The notes: generated from the sequence alone by a model not told the origin. A stretch of DNA of 64,000 nucleotides from an uncultured Actinomycetes bacterium (GCA_963779895.1 CAWAAD010000004.1:201543-265542); one strand, 5' to 3'. Numbered from the stretch's first letter, positions 44,906-55,723 are shown. Made by a program: numbers and translations.

Positions 44906-45618
44906 GCCCGAGGGTCGCGGCCTTTCTCGCGCTGGCCGCGGCGCTCGGCGCCTACTACGCCCTGCACGAGTCGCTCTGGCGCGGCTCGGTCTGGCAGGAC
45001 ATCGCGTTCCTCGCGTTCGTCCTGATCCCCGCCGTGTTCGGGCTCGTCCACCTCGCGCTTCCGTACTGGCGCTCACCGCCGCTACAGCTCTTCGTCACCG
45101 GCCTTGCCTTCGTCGTCCTCGCGGTCGTGCTCGAGCTTGCGGATGCGTCGATCCCGGCCGACTTCGCCAAGCTCGCCGCGATGACGGCGCTCGCCTGGGT
45201 CTTCCTGAACTACTTCGAGGGCGCCTCCTGGGTCGTGCTCATCGCCCTGATCGTGCCCTGGGTGGACGCGTACTCCGTCTGGCGCGGCCCGACCCACAAG
45301 ATCATCGCCCACCGCGAGAACGTGTTCACGACGCTCTCGTTCGCGTTTCCGCTGCCGGGTGAGGGCGAGAGCGCGAACCTCGGGCTGCCCGACCTGCTCT
45401 TCTTCGCGCTCTTCCTGGGCGCCGCCGCGCGGTTCCGGCTGCGCCTCTTCTGGACCTGGCTCGGGCTGAGCCTGTCCATCGGCGGGACGCTGGCGCTCGC
45501 CTACTGGGCCGGCGTCCGCGGGCTGCCGGCGCTGCCGCTGCTCTCGCTCGGCTTCCTGCTCCCGAACGCCGACCTCCTCTGGCGCGCGGCCCGGGAGGAA
45601 CGCCGCGCCGGCCGATGA
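44902..45618 (+). CDS. Polytopic membrane protein of unknown function
   Basis: The tail of ORF 42163-45618 from the TTG at 44902 (overlapping the UDG stop). About 6 TM helices (AFLALAAALGAYY, IAFLAFVLIPAVFGLV, LFVTGLAFVVLAVVL, ...). Confidence 0.55.
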   Translation: MSPRVAAFLALAAALGAYYALHESLWRGSVWQDIAFLAFVLIPAVFGLVHLALPYWRSPPLQLFVTGLAFVVLAVVLELADASIPADFAKLAAMTALAWVFLNYFEGASWVVLIALIVPWVDAYSVWRGPTHKIIAHRENVFTTLSFAFPLPGEGESANLGLPDLLFFALFLGAAARFRLRLFWTWLGLSLSIGGTLALAYWAGVRGLPALPLLSLGFLLPNADLLWRAAREERRAGR

Positions 45619-45624
45619 CCGGGG

Positions 45625-46338
45625 TCAGGCGAGCCGCTGCAAGAAACCGCCGGGATGGCAGGAAAGGCCGTACAGCTCCAGGTCGCGGCGAACTCTGAAC
45701 CGACGTCCTTCAGCCGTCTGAAGCCACGCCTCGATCGCAGGCAGAACCCCCCGCGGCCAGTCGGCGGCGAGCCGCATCTCCTCGATGTCGACGCAGCCAT
45801 CCTCGACCACGAAGAAGCCGCCGCGGGGAACGAACCGGGCGAACGACTCGAGCGCGGCCATCGTCGTTTCGTACGTGTGCGCCGAGTCCTCGACGACGAG
45901 GCAACTGGGGTCGGGCGGTAGCGCCGCCTCTACGCGGGCCGCTGTCGCATCGTCTCGGACGTCGCCGTCGATGAGGACGATCGTCTCCTCGAAGCCGGGG
46001 TCGACGGCGTGGAGGTTGGCCCGAGCCGGGGACGTGTCCAGGTCGAGGGAGACGACCTGATAGCGGTTCCGAGACGTGTATGCGGCCAGAGCCCGCAGTC
46101 GATCTCTGAACCAGAGAGCGCTCCCGCCGAACTGCGAGCCGATCTCGATCACGCAGTTCGGCTTCGCCTCCCAGAGGAGGTGCTCGTACACGCGCAGGTC
46201 CTCGGGGAACTTCGACATCGGAATGCCCGCGTAGGAGTCTTGCGTGTGCTGCTCGACGCGCCGCAACCAGTAGTCGAGCACCGTTGCGTCCAGATCGGCT
46301 GCGACCCGAGGCGGCAACACGGCGGACAGGCTATCCAC
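45625..46338 (-). CDS. CmcI/cephalosporin-hydroxylase-family SAM-dependent O-methyltransferase
   Basis: Intact 237 aa. GIPMSKFPEDLRVYEHLLWEAKPNCVIEIGSQFGGSALWF...VVEDSAHTYE is typical of the CmcI/rhamnosyl O-methyltransferase family. Confidence 0.75.
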   Translation of the reverse strand: MDSLSAVLPPRVAADLDATVLDYWLRRVEQHTQDSYAGIPMSKFPEDLRVYEHLLWEAKPNCVIEIGSQFGGSALWFRDRLRALAAYTSRNRYQVVSLDLDTSPARANLHAVDPGFEETIVLIDGDVRDDATAARVEAALPPDPSCLVVEDSAHTYETTMAALESFARFVPRGGFFVVEDGCVDIEEMRLAADWPRGVLPAIEAWLQTAEGRRFRVRRDLELYGLSCHPGGFLQRLA

Positions 46339-46363
46339 CTGCCCGGTCCTGGCCGGCGCGCGG

Positions 46364-47732
46364 TCAGGGAGCGCGCGTGAGCAGCGCGACGGTCTCGACG
46401 TGCGGGGTGTGCGGGAACATGTCGACCGGGCGCGCTCGCTCGAGGCGGTAGCCCCACTCCCGCTCGAGCTCCTTCACGTTCGCGGCGAGCGTGGTCGGGT
46501 TGCACGAGACGTAGACGAGCCGCGGGGCCTCGAGCCGGGCCAGCCGGCGCAGAGCCTTGCCCGAGAGCCCGGCGCGCGGGGGGTCGACGACGGCGACGTC
46601 CGGCGACCCGGCGCGGTCGCGGAGCTCCTCCAGCGACGCGCCCGACCTCGCCGGCGAAGAAGGCCGCGTTCGTGATCCCGTTCAGGTCGGCGTTCTCGAG
46701 GGCGCAGGCGACCGACTCCTCCGAGACCTCGACGCCCCACACCGTCAGCGCCCGCGAGGCCAGCGTGAGCCCGATCGTCCCGATCCCGCAGTAGAGGTCG
46801 TACACGGTCTCGCTCCCGGTCAGCCCCGCGTACTCCCCGGCCAGCTCGTAGAGCCGCTCCGCCATCGCGGTGTTCGTCTGCAGGAAGGCGTTCGGGCGGA
46901 CGCGGAAGCGCAGCCCGCACAGCTCTTCCTCGATCGCGTCCTCTCCCCAGAGCAGCGTCGTGGGCAGGTTCGTCACCTCGGCGGGCGAGTCGTTCACCGA
47001 CCAGTGGATCGAGCGCACCTCCGGGAAGCGGCGCAGCACCTCGACGAGCTCGTCGCGATCGAAGCGCTCGCCCGCGGCCGTCACGAGCTGGACGAGGAGC
47101 TGCCCCGTGTTCCGCCCCTCGCGGAGGACGAGGTGGCGCAGGTAGCCGGTGTGCTCGGCCTGGTCGTAGGCCTCCAGCCTCTCGGCCCGCGCCCAGTCGC
47201 GCACGGCGTCGCGCACGGCGTTGCCGAGGTCGGTCGTGAGCCAGCAGCGCGAGATGTCGAGCACCTCGTCCCAGCGGCCCGCCTTGTGGAAGCCGAGCGC
47301 CGGGCCAGACGGCGTCGAGGTGAACGAGTACTCGAGCTTGTTCCGGTAGTGGAACTGCTCGACCGCGGGGACGATCGGCTCCAGAGGCGGCTCCTCCAGC
47401 CCGCCGATCCGGCGCAGGGCGTCCGCGACCTGCTCGGCCTTTGCCGCGACCTGGGCCTCGTACGCGAGATCCTGGAAGCGGCAGCCGCCGCACGCGGGGT
47501 AGTGCGCGCACGGCGCCTCGACCCGCTGCGCGCTCGGCTCCAGCACTTCGACCGCGAGCGCCTCCGCGTGGTTTCGCTTCACCTTCGTCACGCGCGCGCG
47601 CACGCGGTCGCCCGGGAGCCCTCGCCGGACGAAGACGACGAACCCGTTCAGGCGCGCGACGCCGTTCCCGCCGTACGCGAGCGAGTCGACCGAGAGCTCC
47701 AGCTCCTGGTCGCGGACAACAGGCGCGGCCAT
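46364..47732 (-). CDS. 23S rRNA (uracil-5-)-methyltransferase RlmD/RumA family (C-terminus frame-disrupted)
   Basis: A TRAM domain, the Fe-S motif CAHYPACGGCRFQ and SAM motif DLYCGIGTIGL (ORF 46149-47732). The C-terminal VVDPPRAGL and LVYVSCNPTTLA are in another frame and end ...LLTRAP-stop at 46364. Confidence 0.88.
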
Positions 47733-47742
47733 GTGCGAGGCC

Positions 47743-48141
47743 TCAGCGAAGCGCGGTGACGAAGATCTTGCGCTCGCGCGGCCCGTCGAACTCGCAGAAG
47801 AAGATCCCCTGGTAGCGGCCGAGCGCGAGCTTGCCCTCGGTCAGGGGGACGAGCACCTCAGGGCTCATCAGCGACGCGCGCATGTGCGACGGGGCGTTCG
47901 GCCCGTCCGCGTCCTCGTGGCGCCAGCCCCAGCCGTCCTCGACGATCTTCTCCATCGCCGCCTCGATGTCGCGGGCGAGATCCGGGTCGAGGTCCTCGTT
48001 GATCGTGACCCCCGCTGTCGTGTGGGGCACGTAGACGAGCGCGGCCGCCGCTCCGTCGGTTCCGTTCAGCGCCTCCTCCACCTGCGGGGTGATGTCGAGC
48101 AGCTGCGTCCGCCGCTCCGTCTTGAGGCTGATCTCCTGCAC
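47743..48141 (-). CDS. YjbQ/UPF0047 family (secondary thiamine-phosphate synthase) protein
   Basis: Intact 132 aa. VYVPHTTAGVTINE...DIEAAM...GPNAPSHMRASL...LALGRYQGIFFCEFDGPR. Confidence 0.85.
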   Translation of the reverse strand: MQEISLKTERRTQLLDITPQVEEALNGTDGAAAALVYVPHTTAGVTINEDLDPDLARDIEAAMEKIVEDGWGWRHEDADGPNAPSHMRASLMSPEVLVPLTEGKLALGRYQGIFFCEFDGPRERKIFVTALR

Positions 48142-48159
48142 CCGGATATCCTATGACCT

Positions 48160-49650
48160 ATGCCGAGCGAGCCGCCGACGCCCCAGGACCTCGACGCCTA
48201 CCGCGACGAGGCGGACCGCTTCATCGCCGAGCTCGACGAGGAGCACTACCTCCACTTCGCAGGGCTCAAGGAGCGCCTCGAGCTCGAGCCGATCTACGAG
48301 CGCCACGCCGACCTGACGAAGCTGGAGCGGGCGCAGTCGCTCGGCGCCGCGGTCGACGGCGACCGCCGCGTGCGTGAGCTCTGGCGCTTCGCGTGCGAGG
48401 GTCACTTCGGCGAGCTCACCCGGGGTCACGCCGAGCGGCTGGCCGCGCTCGAGGCCGAGCTCACCGTCTCCGTCGACGGCGAGACGATCCCGTTTCGGAT
48501 GCTGCGCCCCGAGATCGCGAACGAGCCGGACCGCGGGCGCCGGGAACGGCTCGACGAAGCGATGTACGAGGCGACCGAGGAGCACCTGAACCCGGTCTAC
48601 GAGGAGAGCGTCGAGACCGTCCGCAACGTCTTGCCGAAACTGGGGTCGGCGAGCTACCGGGACCTGTACGAGCGTTTCGGCCTGCGGCTCGAAGACCTCG
48701 CCGGGCAGTGCCGCGCGTTCCTCGACTCGACCGAGGAGCTGTACGAGCGGACCCTCGACGGGGCGCTGCGCAGGCAGCTCGGGATCGGCCTGGACGAGGC
48801 GGAACGCTGGGACGTCCCGCGCATGATCCGCTCGCCGCAATGGGACGAGCGGTTCCCCGGCGACCTGATGGTGCCGGCCCTGCGCACGACGCTCGCCGAC
48901 CTCGGGATCGATCTCGACAGCCAGGAGAACGTGCACCTCGACATCGAGCAGCGCCCGCAGAAGACGCCTCGGGCCTTCTGCGCCCCGATCGAGGTGCCGG
49001 ACAAGGTGATGCTCGTGATCCAGCCGATCGGCGGCGCCGACGACTGGCGCGCCTTCTTCCACGAGGCCGGTCACACGGAGCACTTCGCGAACACCGACCG
49101 TGAGCTCTCGATGGAGTACAAGCGGCTCGGCGACAATGCCGTGACCGAGGGGTGGGCGATGCTGCTGCAGCACCTGACCGACGAGCCCGCCTGGCTCTCG
49201 CGCCGGCTCGACTTCCCCCGGCCGGAGGACTTCGCGGCCGAGGGGATGCTCTGGCTGCTCTTCTTCGTCCGCCGCTACTCCGCGAAGCTGCTCTACGAGC
49301 TCGAGTTCCACGGCGACGGCGGGCTCGACGGGATGTCGAAGCGCTACGTCGAGCTGCTCGGGGACGCGCTCAAGATCGAGCCGAGCCCGGTGAACTACCT
49401 CGCCGACATCGACGACGGCTTCTACGTCCAGTCCTACCTGCGCTCCTGGGCCTTCGAGGCGCAGCTCCGCGACCACTTTCGGACGCGGTTCGGCACGGAC
49501 TGGTTCGCCTCCCGCGAGGCCGGCTCGCTGCTCCAGGAGCTCTGGGCGGAGGGCCAGCGCCCGACCGCCGACGAGCTGCTGCAGGAGGTCTCGGGCGCCG
49601 AGGTCGAGCTGGAAGCGGTCGCAGACCGCGTGCGCGAGCACGTCCGCTAG
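48160..49650 (+). CDS. M3-like zinc metallopeptidase (oligoendopeptidase-F-like)
   Basis: Intact 496 aa with FFHEAGHTEHF (HExxH) and a downstream E in ...AVTEGWA... Confidence 0.7.
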   Translation: MPSEPPTPQDLDAYRDEADRFIAELDEEHYLHFAGLKERLELEPIYERHADLTKLERAQSLGAAVDGDRRVRELWRFACEGHFGELTRGHAERLAALEAELTVSVDGETIPFRMLRPEIANEPDRGRRERLDEAMYEATEEHLNPVYEESVETVRNVLPKLGSASYRDLYERFGLRLEDLAGQCRAFLDSTEELYERTLDGALRRQLGIGLDEAERWDVPRMIRSPQWDERFPGDLMVPALRTTLADLGIDLDSQENVHLDIEQRPQKTPRAFCAPIEVPDKVMLVIQPIGGADDWRAFFHEAGHTEHFANTDRELSMEYKRLGDNAVTEGWAMLLQHLTDEPAWLSRRLDFPRPEDFAAEGMLWLLFFVRRYSAKLLYELEFHGDGGLDGMSKRYVELLGDALKIEPSPVNYLADIDDGFYVQSYLRSWAFEAQLRDHFRTRFGTDWFASREAGSLLQELWAEGQRPTADELLQEVSGAEVELEAVADRVREHVR

Positions 49651-49671
49651 GCCGGCTTCGGAGCGCGCCCT

Positions 49672-50571
49672 ATGCTCCGAGGCACGGTACGGGAGGGCAC
49701 GACAGAGGATTTCGGGTCGGCTACCGAGCTGCTGAACCGCGTCTGGCCGCACCGCGTCGGATCCGAGCGTGGTCTCCGACACACGGCCGACGCCGCGCCG
49801 GCGGACGCGCACCGCCGCTACTGGGCCGCCGAAGACGAGGCAAGCTCGTCGGCTGGGCGACGGCGGCAATCGAGCACCAGAGCGCCGAGCGCCCGGGCTT
49901 CCTGGAGGTCAGTGTCGCGCCGGAGTCCCGCAAATGCCGGCCTGGGGACCGCCCTCCTCGAGCACTGCGAAGCGCATCTGGCCGGCCTCGGCGTCGCGAC
50001 GGTGCTCTCGTCCACCACTCCCGAGGAGGCGTCGCGGAGGTTCGCGACCGCACACGGTTTCCGGCACACCAACACGACTCGGATCTCCGGCGTCGACCCG
50101 CGTACGGTCGAGCCCGAGAGCGCGCCGCCCGGCGTCGATCTGCGCCCACTCGCCTCGCTCGACCCACGCTTGGTGTACGAGCTCGACGCCGAGGCGATGG
50201 CGGACGTCCCCGGGGAGGTTGCGATGGACGACGTGTCGTTCGAGCAATGGCTCGAGGACTATTGGCGCCATCCGGATTACGACCTCGACGCGAGCGTTGC
50301 GGCCGTCATCGACCACAGACCGGTCGCCTTCTCGCACCTTCGCATCGGCGCGGGCGGCCGGGCTGTCACCGACATGACCGGGACGCTGCGTGCCTATCGC
50401 GGCCGCCGCCTCGCCCAGTTGGCGAAGCGCGCGACCCTCGTGAACGCCGCGAAACGCGGGGTCGAGCTCGTCTCCACAGAGAACGACGAGACGAATGGAC
50501 CGATGCTCAGGATCAACGAGAAGCTCGGCTATCGGCCGATCGGCAGCACGCTTACCTGGTCGCGACCCTGA
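49672..50571 (+). CDS. Tandem GNAT-family N-acetyltransferase (local compensating frame slip ~49830-49930)
   Basis: The C-terminal GNAT is RAYRGRRLAQLAKRATLVNAAKRG...NGPMLRINEKLGY. The N-terminal GNAT core GKLVGWATAAIEHQSAERPGFLEVSVAPESR is readable only in the frame of ORF 49152-50576. Confidence 0.7.
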   Translation: MLRGTVREGTTEDFGSATELLNRVWPHRVGSERGLRHTADAAPADAHRRYWAAEDEASSSAGRRRQSSTRAPSARASWRSVSRRSPANAGLGTALLEHCEAHLAGLGVATVLSSTTPEEASRRFATAHGFRHTNTTRISGVDPRTVEPESAPPGVDLRPLASLDPRLVYELDAEAMADVPGEVAMDDVSFEQWLEDYWRHPDYDLDASVAAVIDHRPVAFSHLRIGAGGRAVTDMTGTLRAYRGRRLAQLAKRATLVNAAKRGVELVSTENDETNGPMLRINEKLGYRPIGSTLTWSRP

Positions 50572-50630
50572 CGTGACTCACTCGAGCTCTCTGAGCTCGA
50601 ATCGCGAAGGTCAGAACATAAGGTGATCAC

Positions 50631-51410
50631 GTGGCACAGGACGAACGGCTACGTCTAAGTTCGTCGTTTGGCGCAGTGGCGACCGCATACGCCGAGCATC
50701 GCCCGGACTACGCGCAGGTCGCGGTGCGCTGGGCCCTCGAAGGCGCGCCCGGCCCGCGAGTGCTCGACCTCGGCGCTGGAACCGGCAAGCTGACCGCCAC
50801 GCTGGCCGCGCTGGGCGCCGACGTCATCGCGGTCGAGCCCGACCCGGCGATGCTGACCGAGTTGCGCCGCGCGCTGCCGACCGTCCGCGCCCTGCCGGGC
50901 AGTGCCGAGGCGATACCGCTGCCGGACGCATCCGTCGATGCTGTGCTGGCAGGCAACGCTATGCACTGGTTCGACATGAACGTCGCGGGGCCCGAGATAG
51001 CCAGAGTCCTCGAACCAGACGGTGTCCTGGCCGGCCTGTGGAACGTCTTCGACAACCGGGTTGACTGGGTTGCCGGACTCGAACGGATCAGCGGAAGCGC
51101 GGCCATCGGGCCGAGGGACACGTTCAGCAGCTGGCGCGCCGCGACAGTCGAAGCGCACCTCCCGAGCAGTGGCCCAATCGGCCAGTTCGGCTCGGCAGAA
51201 CAGGCGGAGTTCCCGCATGGTCAGCGACGAACCGCCGACTCCCTCCTCGCGACGTTCGCGACGAAGGCGGGGATGCTGGTCATGCCAGAACAGGAACAAG
51301 AGGCCACCCTCGGTCGAATCCGCGCCTTCCTCGCGAGCAGACCGGAGACCGCTCGCGGCGAATTCACCCTGCCGATGCTGACCGGCGTGCTCCGCGTCGG
51401 GCGACTGTGA
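50631..51410 (+). CDS. Class I SAM-dependent methyltransferase
   Basis: Intact 259 aa. Motif I is VLDLGAGTGKLT, followed by AVEPDPAML and DAVLAGNAMHWF. Confidence 0.8.
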   Translation: MAQDERLRLSSSFGAVATAYAEHRPDYAQVAVRWALEGAPGPRVLDLGAGTGKLTATLAALGADVIAVEPDPAMLTELRRALPTVRALPGSAEAIPLPDASVDAVLAGNAMHWFDMNVAGPEIARVLEPDGVLAGLWNVFDNRVDWVAGLERISGSAAIGPRDTFSSWRAATVEAHLPSSGPIGQFGSAEQAEFPHGQRRTADSLLATFATKAGMLVMPEQEQEATLGRIRAFLASRPETARGEFTLPMLTGVLRVGRL

Positions 51411-51565
51411 AAGCCTCTCGCCTGGGCGACAGGCAGCGCTCGGTCACTCCCAGGACGCGGGCTGCTCCCGATCGTCGCAGGCATGGGCAGCGGCTGGAAG
51501 CCCCCCTCCCCTCCTAGACCTTTGGGCGTTGCGCTCCGTCCTGTGCGAGTGCATAAGCTCTGCAG

Positions 51566-52906
51566 GTGACGAGGACGCGGGTTCTGATCGCCGGCGCGGC
51601 CGGCCGTGACTTTCACAACTTCAACCTCGTCTACCGGGGGCGAGAGGAGTACGAGGTCGTCGCCTTCACCGCGACCCAGATCCCGAACATCGACGGGCGC
51701 GTCTACCCGAGCGAGCTGGCGGGCGAGCTCTACCCGGACGGGATCCCGATCTGCCCGGAGGATGAGCTCGAGGACCTGATCCGCCGGCGCGAGGTCGACG
51801 AGGTCGTCTTCGCCTACTCCGACGTCACGCACGAGCACGTCATGCACCTGGGCTCGCGCGTGCTCGCGGCGGGCGCTTCCTTCCGGCTGATCTCGCCGCG
51901 CGAGACGATGCTGGCCTCGGAAAAGCCTGTGGTGGCGGTCTGCGCGGTGCGCACCGGCTCCGGAAAGAGCCAGACCACGCGGCACATCGCGGCGCTCCTC
52001 CGCGAGTCCGGCAAGCGCGTCGCCGTCCTGCGCCATCCGATGCCCTACGGCGACCTTGCTGCCCAGGCAGTGCAGCGCTTCGAGCGCTACGAGGATCTCG
52101 ACGCCGCCGATGCGACGATCGAGGAGCGCGAGGAGTACGAGCCGCACCTCGCCGAGGGGAACCTCGTCTTCGCGGGAATCGACTACGGCGCGATCCTCGA
52201 CCGGGCCGAGCAGGAGGCGGACGTGATCCTCTGGGACGGCGGCAACAACGACACGCCGTTCATCAAGCCGGACCTGCACGTCGTCGTCGTCGATCCGCAC
52301 CGCCCCGGGCACGAGCTGCGCTACCACCCCGGGGAGACGAATCTCCGGATGGCCGACGTCTGCGTCGTCAACAAGCTGGACAGCGCGCCGCAGGAAGGGG
52401 TCGACGCGGTGCTCGACGCGATCCGCGAGCACAACCCCGGCGCGCGGATCGTGCTCGCCGCCTCGCCCTACGTCGTCGAGGGCGACGGCACGGAGATCGC
52501 CGGTAAGCGGGTGCTCGCAGTCGAGGACGGCCCGACGCTCACGCACGGCGAGATGACCTACGGCGCCGCGGTGCTGGCGGCAAAGGCCAACGGCGCGGCG
52601 GAGTTGATCGATCCCCGCGAGGCCGCGGTCGGCTCGATCGCCGAGACCTTCAGGAAATACCCGCACGTGGGCGCGCTGCTTCCGGCGATGGGCTACGGGC
52701 GGCAGCAGATGGAGGACCTGCGCGCGACGATCGAGGGCTCCGGCGCCGAGCTCGTCCTGATCGGGACGCCGATCGACCTGCGCCGGCTGATCGACTTCGA
52801 GGTGCCGGCGCTGCGCGTCACCTATCGCCTCCAGGAGGTCGGCGAGCCGACGCTCGCGGACATCCTCTCGGAACACGGCTTGATAGGCGACAAAGCGCTC
52901 GTTTGA
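51566..52906 (+). CDS. COG2403-type P-loop protein (cyclic 2,3-diphosphoglycerate-synthetase-like / predicted GTPase)
   Basis: Intact 446 aa. RVLIAGAAGRDFHNFN, P-loop VRTGSGKSQTT, WDGGNND. The stop overlaps the arcC start (TTGA). Confidence 0.7.
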   Translation: MTRTRVLIAGAAGRDFHNFNLVYRGREEYEVVAFTATQIPNIDGRVYPSELAGELYPDGIPICPEDELEDLIRRREVDEVVFAYSDVTHEHVMHLGSRVLAAGASFRLISPRETMLASEKPVVAVCAVRTGSGKSQTTRHIAALLRESGKRVAVLRHPMPYGDLAAQAVQRFERYEDLDAADATIEEREEYEPHLAEGNLVFAGIDYGAILDRAEQEADVILWDGGNNDTPFIKPDLHVVVVDPHRPGHELRYHPGETNLRMADVCVVNKLDSAPQEGVDAVLDAIREHNPGARIVLAASPYVVEGDGTEIAGKRVLAVEDGPTLTHGEMTYGAAVLAAKANGAAELIDPREAAVGSIAETFRKYPHVGALLPAMGYGRQQMEDLRATIEGSGAELVLIGTPIDLRRLIDFEVPALRVTYRLQEVGEPTLADILSEHGLIGDKALV

Positions 52907-53817
52907 CGGCGGTCGTCGCTCTCGGCGGGAACGCGCTGATGCGGCCCGGCGAGCGGGGAACGGCTGCGGAGCAGCGTGCCAACCTGCGCGAGGCCTGCGC
53001 GGCGCTTGGCCCGTTGCTGCGGAACGGGGAGCTGGTGATCACGCATGGAAACGGGCCGCAGGTCGGCAACGAGCTGCTCCGGCACGAGCGCGCGGCCGAC
53101 GAGGCGCCGCCGCTCCCGCTCTACCTCGCCGTGGCCCAGACACAGGCCGAGATCGGCGCGCTCGCCGAGTCCGAGCTCGAGGCCGTGGCCGGCCGGCCCG
53201 TCGCGTGCCTGCTCACGCACGTCGTCGTCGACGCGGACGATCCGGCCTTCGCGGAGCCGACGAAGCCGATCGGCCCCTTCTACGACGAGTCGCGGGCACG
53301 CGAGCTCGAGCGCGACCGCCGGTGGCATGTCGTCCAGGAGGCCGGCCGCGGCTGGAGGCGGGTCGTGCCCTCGCCGGCGCCGCTCGAGGTGGTCGAGCTG
53401 GAGGCGATCCGCTCGCTCCTGCGTGCGGGAACGATCGTGGTCGCCTGCGGGGGCGGCGGCATCCCGGTGACCCGGCGCGACGGGAAGCTCGCGGGCGTGG
53501 ACGCGGTGATCGACAAGGACCGGGCCTCGTCCCTGCTCGCCCGCGCGCTCGAGGCTGACCGGCTCGTGATCCTGACCGAGGTCCCGGCGGTCTACCGCGG
53601 CTTCGGGACCGGCAAGCAGGAGGAGATCCGCGAGCTGCCCGCGGACGAAGCCGAGGCCCTCGCCGGCGAGGTGGAGGCGGGCTCGATGCGCCCGAAGCTG
53701 GAGTCGAGCGTCGAGTTCGTCCGTGCAACGGGAAACGAGACCCTGATCACCTCGCCGGCAAAACTCGGCGAGGCCCTCGCCGGCCGGGCCGGCACGCGCA
53801 TCGTCCCGTCGTCTTAG
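52903..53817 (+). CDS. arcC: Carbamate kinase
   Basis: Intact 304 aa. VVALGGNAL, THGNGPQVGN, VACGGGGIPV, VIDKDRAS. Confidence 0.92.
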   Translation: MTAVVALGGNALMRPGERGTAAEQRANLREACAALGPLLRNGELVITHGNGPQVGNELLRHERAADEAPPLPLYLAVAQTQAEIGALAESELEAVAGRPVACLLTHVVVDADDPAFAEPTKPIGPFYDESRARELERDRRWHVVQEAGRGWRRVVPSPAPLEVVELEAIRSLLRAGTIVVACGGGGIPVTRRDGKLAGVDAVIDKDRASSLLARALEADRLVILTEVPAVYRGFGTGKQEEIRELPADEAEALAGEVEAGSMRPKLESSVEFVRATGNETLITSPAKLGEALAGRAGTRIVPSS

Positions 53818-55117
53818 GTGTGTGCGCGCGCGGCGTGCTCGGCGGCGCGGTCGAGCACGTCGAAGGCGTCCTGGTCGCGCCCCGCTGCCCGGAGCGCCTG
53901 CGCCCACGCGCGAGAGGCCGAGGCCGCTTCCTGCCAGCGGCTCTCGCCGGCGAAGAGCCCGACCGCCCGCTCGTACTCGGCATGAGCTTCGTCGACCGAG
54001 CCGGCGGCGACGTGAGCCTGGGCCAGAGCGGCGTGCGCGCGGGCGAGCTCGAGCGGGTCCGAGCCCTCGAGAATCTCGAGCGCGCGCCTCGCGAGCGCAG
54101 CGGCCTCTTGGTGATCGCCGGCCAGGGTCCGGTGCCGCGCCTGCTCCGACCAGAGACGGCCCAGATCGGCCGCATTCGCCTTCTCGCCGAGCAGGCGCGC
54201 GGCCTCGTCGAGATGAGGGAGTGCGGCTTCGGGCTCTCCGTCGTCGAGCAGGATCTCCCCGCAGGTGACGTGCGCCCGTGCGAGCCGGCGCGTGTCCTCC
54301 GTCGCTTCCAGGAGGCCGAGCGCGCGGTTGACCTGGCGTAGGGCGACACGCGGCCTCCCCTCCGTCAACGCCAGCCGGGCCAACGACCGGTAGAGCCGGA
54401 CGCGCGAGTATGGATCCGTTCCGCCCTCGGCACGCGACACGGCCTCCTGCACGACCTGCCGCGCCGCAGGAAGATCCCCGAGGTCGGCGAGGGCTTGGTT
54501 CAGATACGTCGCGAACCGCACTTCGGCCGCGACGTCCTCGGGAGCGCGCTCGCGCACCTCGGCCAGGCAGCGCTCAGCAGCTCGACTGCGCGCTCGGGAC
54601 GCCCGAGCGCCGAGTACGAGCGTGCGAGCGTCGCGAAGACGTCGCCGTGCGAGAGCGGCGAGATGCGCGGGTCCAAGAGCGGTTCCTCGAGCTGCTCGAC
54701 CGCCTCGGCGTAGGAGCCCCGCCGCGCGGCGGCTTCTCCCAGGCCGAGCCGCGCCCGCAGGCCGGCGTCCTCGTCTCCGGCCTCGTCGGCCTCCGCCAGA
54801 ACCGCTCGGAAGTCGCTTGCGGCGGCTTCGGGGTCGAGGTCCAGCCGCAGCTTCAGCTCGGCTTCGGAGAGACGAAGCTCCCGCAGCTCTTCCTTGCGGA
54901 CGTCGGTTCCCGTCTCCAGGTACTCGACCGACACGCCCAGCTTGGGAGCGAGCTTGCGGAGCGCCTTGACCGACGGCTGGCGTGCGCCGGCCTCGATGCG
55001 GCTGACGTAGGCGTACGAGACTCCCGGCGAGGAGAGCTCACGCTGGGAGAAGCCGCGCTCGGTCCGCAGCCGTCTCAGCCGCTCGCCGAGCGACTCCGCA
55101 GTGTGTTCGCCTTCCAC
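53814..55117 (-). CDS. XRE-family HTH regulator with C-terminal TPR-like repeats (one frame slip ~54540)
   Basis: ORF 54500-55117 carries LGERLRRLRTERGFSQRELS...VSRIEAGARQPSVKALRKLA. ORF 53814-54557 supplies the helical-repeat C-terminus. Confidence 0.8.
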
Positions 55118-55193
55118 TCCACGCCATCTTCCCTTGCCCCGCTCGGGTCCGTCAACCGACTGCTTGGAGTTGACATCCGCCAGAGAAAGTGGT

Positions 55194-55221
55194 GAGAGGG
55201 CGGCCCGAAGGCCGCCCTCTC
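55194..55221 (-). terminator. Intrinsic terminator downstream of hsp20
   Basis: Perfect 12-bp stem GAGAGGGCGGCC / GGCCGCCCTCTC with a 4-nt loop (UUCG on the minus transcript). It lies 20 nt after the hsp20 stop and is followed by ACCACUUUCUCU. Confidence 0.65.
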
Positions 55222-55240
55222 GGTTCCGGCGAAAACCGGG

Positions 55241-55723
55241 TCAGGACTTGTTCGAGGCCGTTCCCTCGATCGTCTTCTGGTCGCCGCCGCCGATCTGGAT
55301 CCGGCGGGGCTTCGGCTGCTCGGGCTTCGCGACGTGGATCTCGAGCACACCGTCGTGGTAGTCGGCCTTGATCTGATCCTCGCCCACGCCCTGCGGCAGG
55401 CCGAACGTCCGGCTGAAGGTGCCGTAGCGCCGCTCGTAGCGGTAGAGCTTGTCGTCGGAGACCTCGTGGGTGCGGTCGCGCTCGGCCGAGACGGTCAGCG
55501 CGCCGTCCTCGAACTCGATCGCGATCTCGTCCTCCGGGACGCCCGGCAGGTCGAGCGCGTAGACGATCTCCCCGTCGGTCTCCCAGACGTCGAGAGCGGG
55601 CACCCAGCTCCGGCCGGAATCGCCGTTGCCTCCGCCGCCGGCGAAGCTGTTCATCAGGCGGCTCATGTCGTTCTGGAGCGTCGCGAACTCGCGAAACGGC
55701 TCCCAGCGAACCAGTGTGGCCAT
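55241..55723 (-). CDS. Hsp20/alpha-crystallin small heat-shock protein
   Basis: MATLVRWEPFREF...VPALDVWETDGEIVYALDLPGV...LTVSAER...YGTFSRTFGLP...GVLEIHV. The ATG at 55723 is preferred because it has RBS AAGGAGG, over the track start at 55744. Confidence 0.92.
   Translation of the reverse strand: MATLVRWEPFREFATLQNDMSRLMNSFAGGGGNGDSGRSWVPALDVWETDGEIVYALDLPGVPEDEIAIEFEDGALTVSAERDRTHEVSDDKLYRYERRYGTFSRTFGLPQGVGEDQIKADYHDGVLEIHVAKPEQPKPRRIQIGGGDQKTIEGTASNKS

Noticed and set aside
41414-45076. A 1220-aa ORF on the minus strand spanning ino1, GT4-PHP and the UDG gene.
   Set aside because: It is antisense to three genes with unmistakable family motifs. Its composition (Arg/Leu/Glu/Asp/Val-rich with an Arg-rich start) is the typical mirror-frame artefact of ~70% GC DNA, and it has no recognisable domain.
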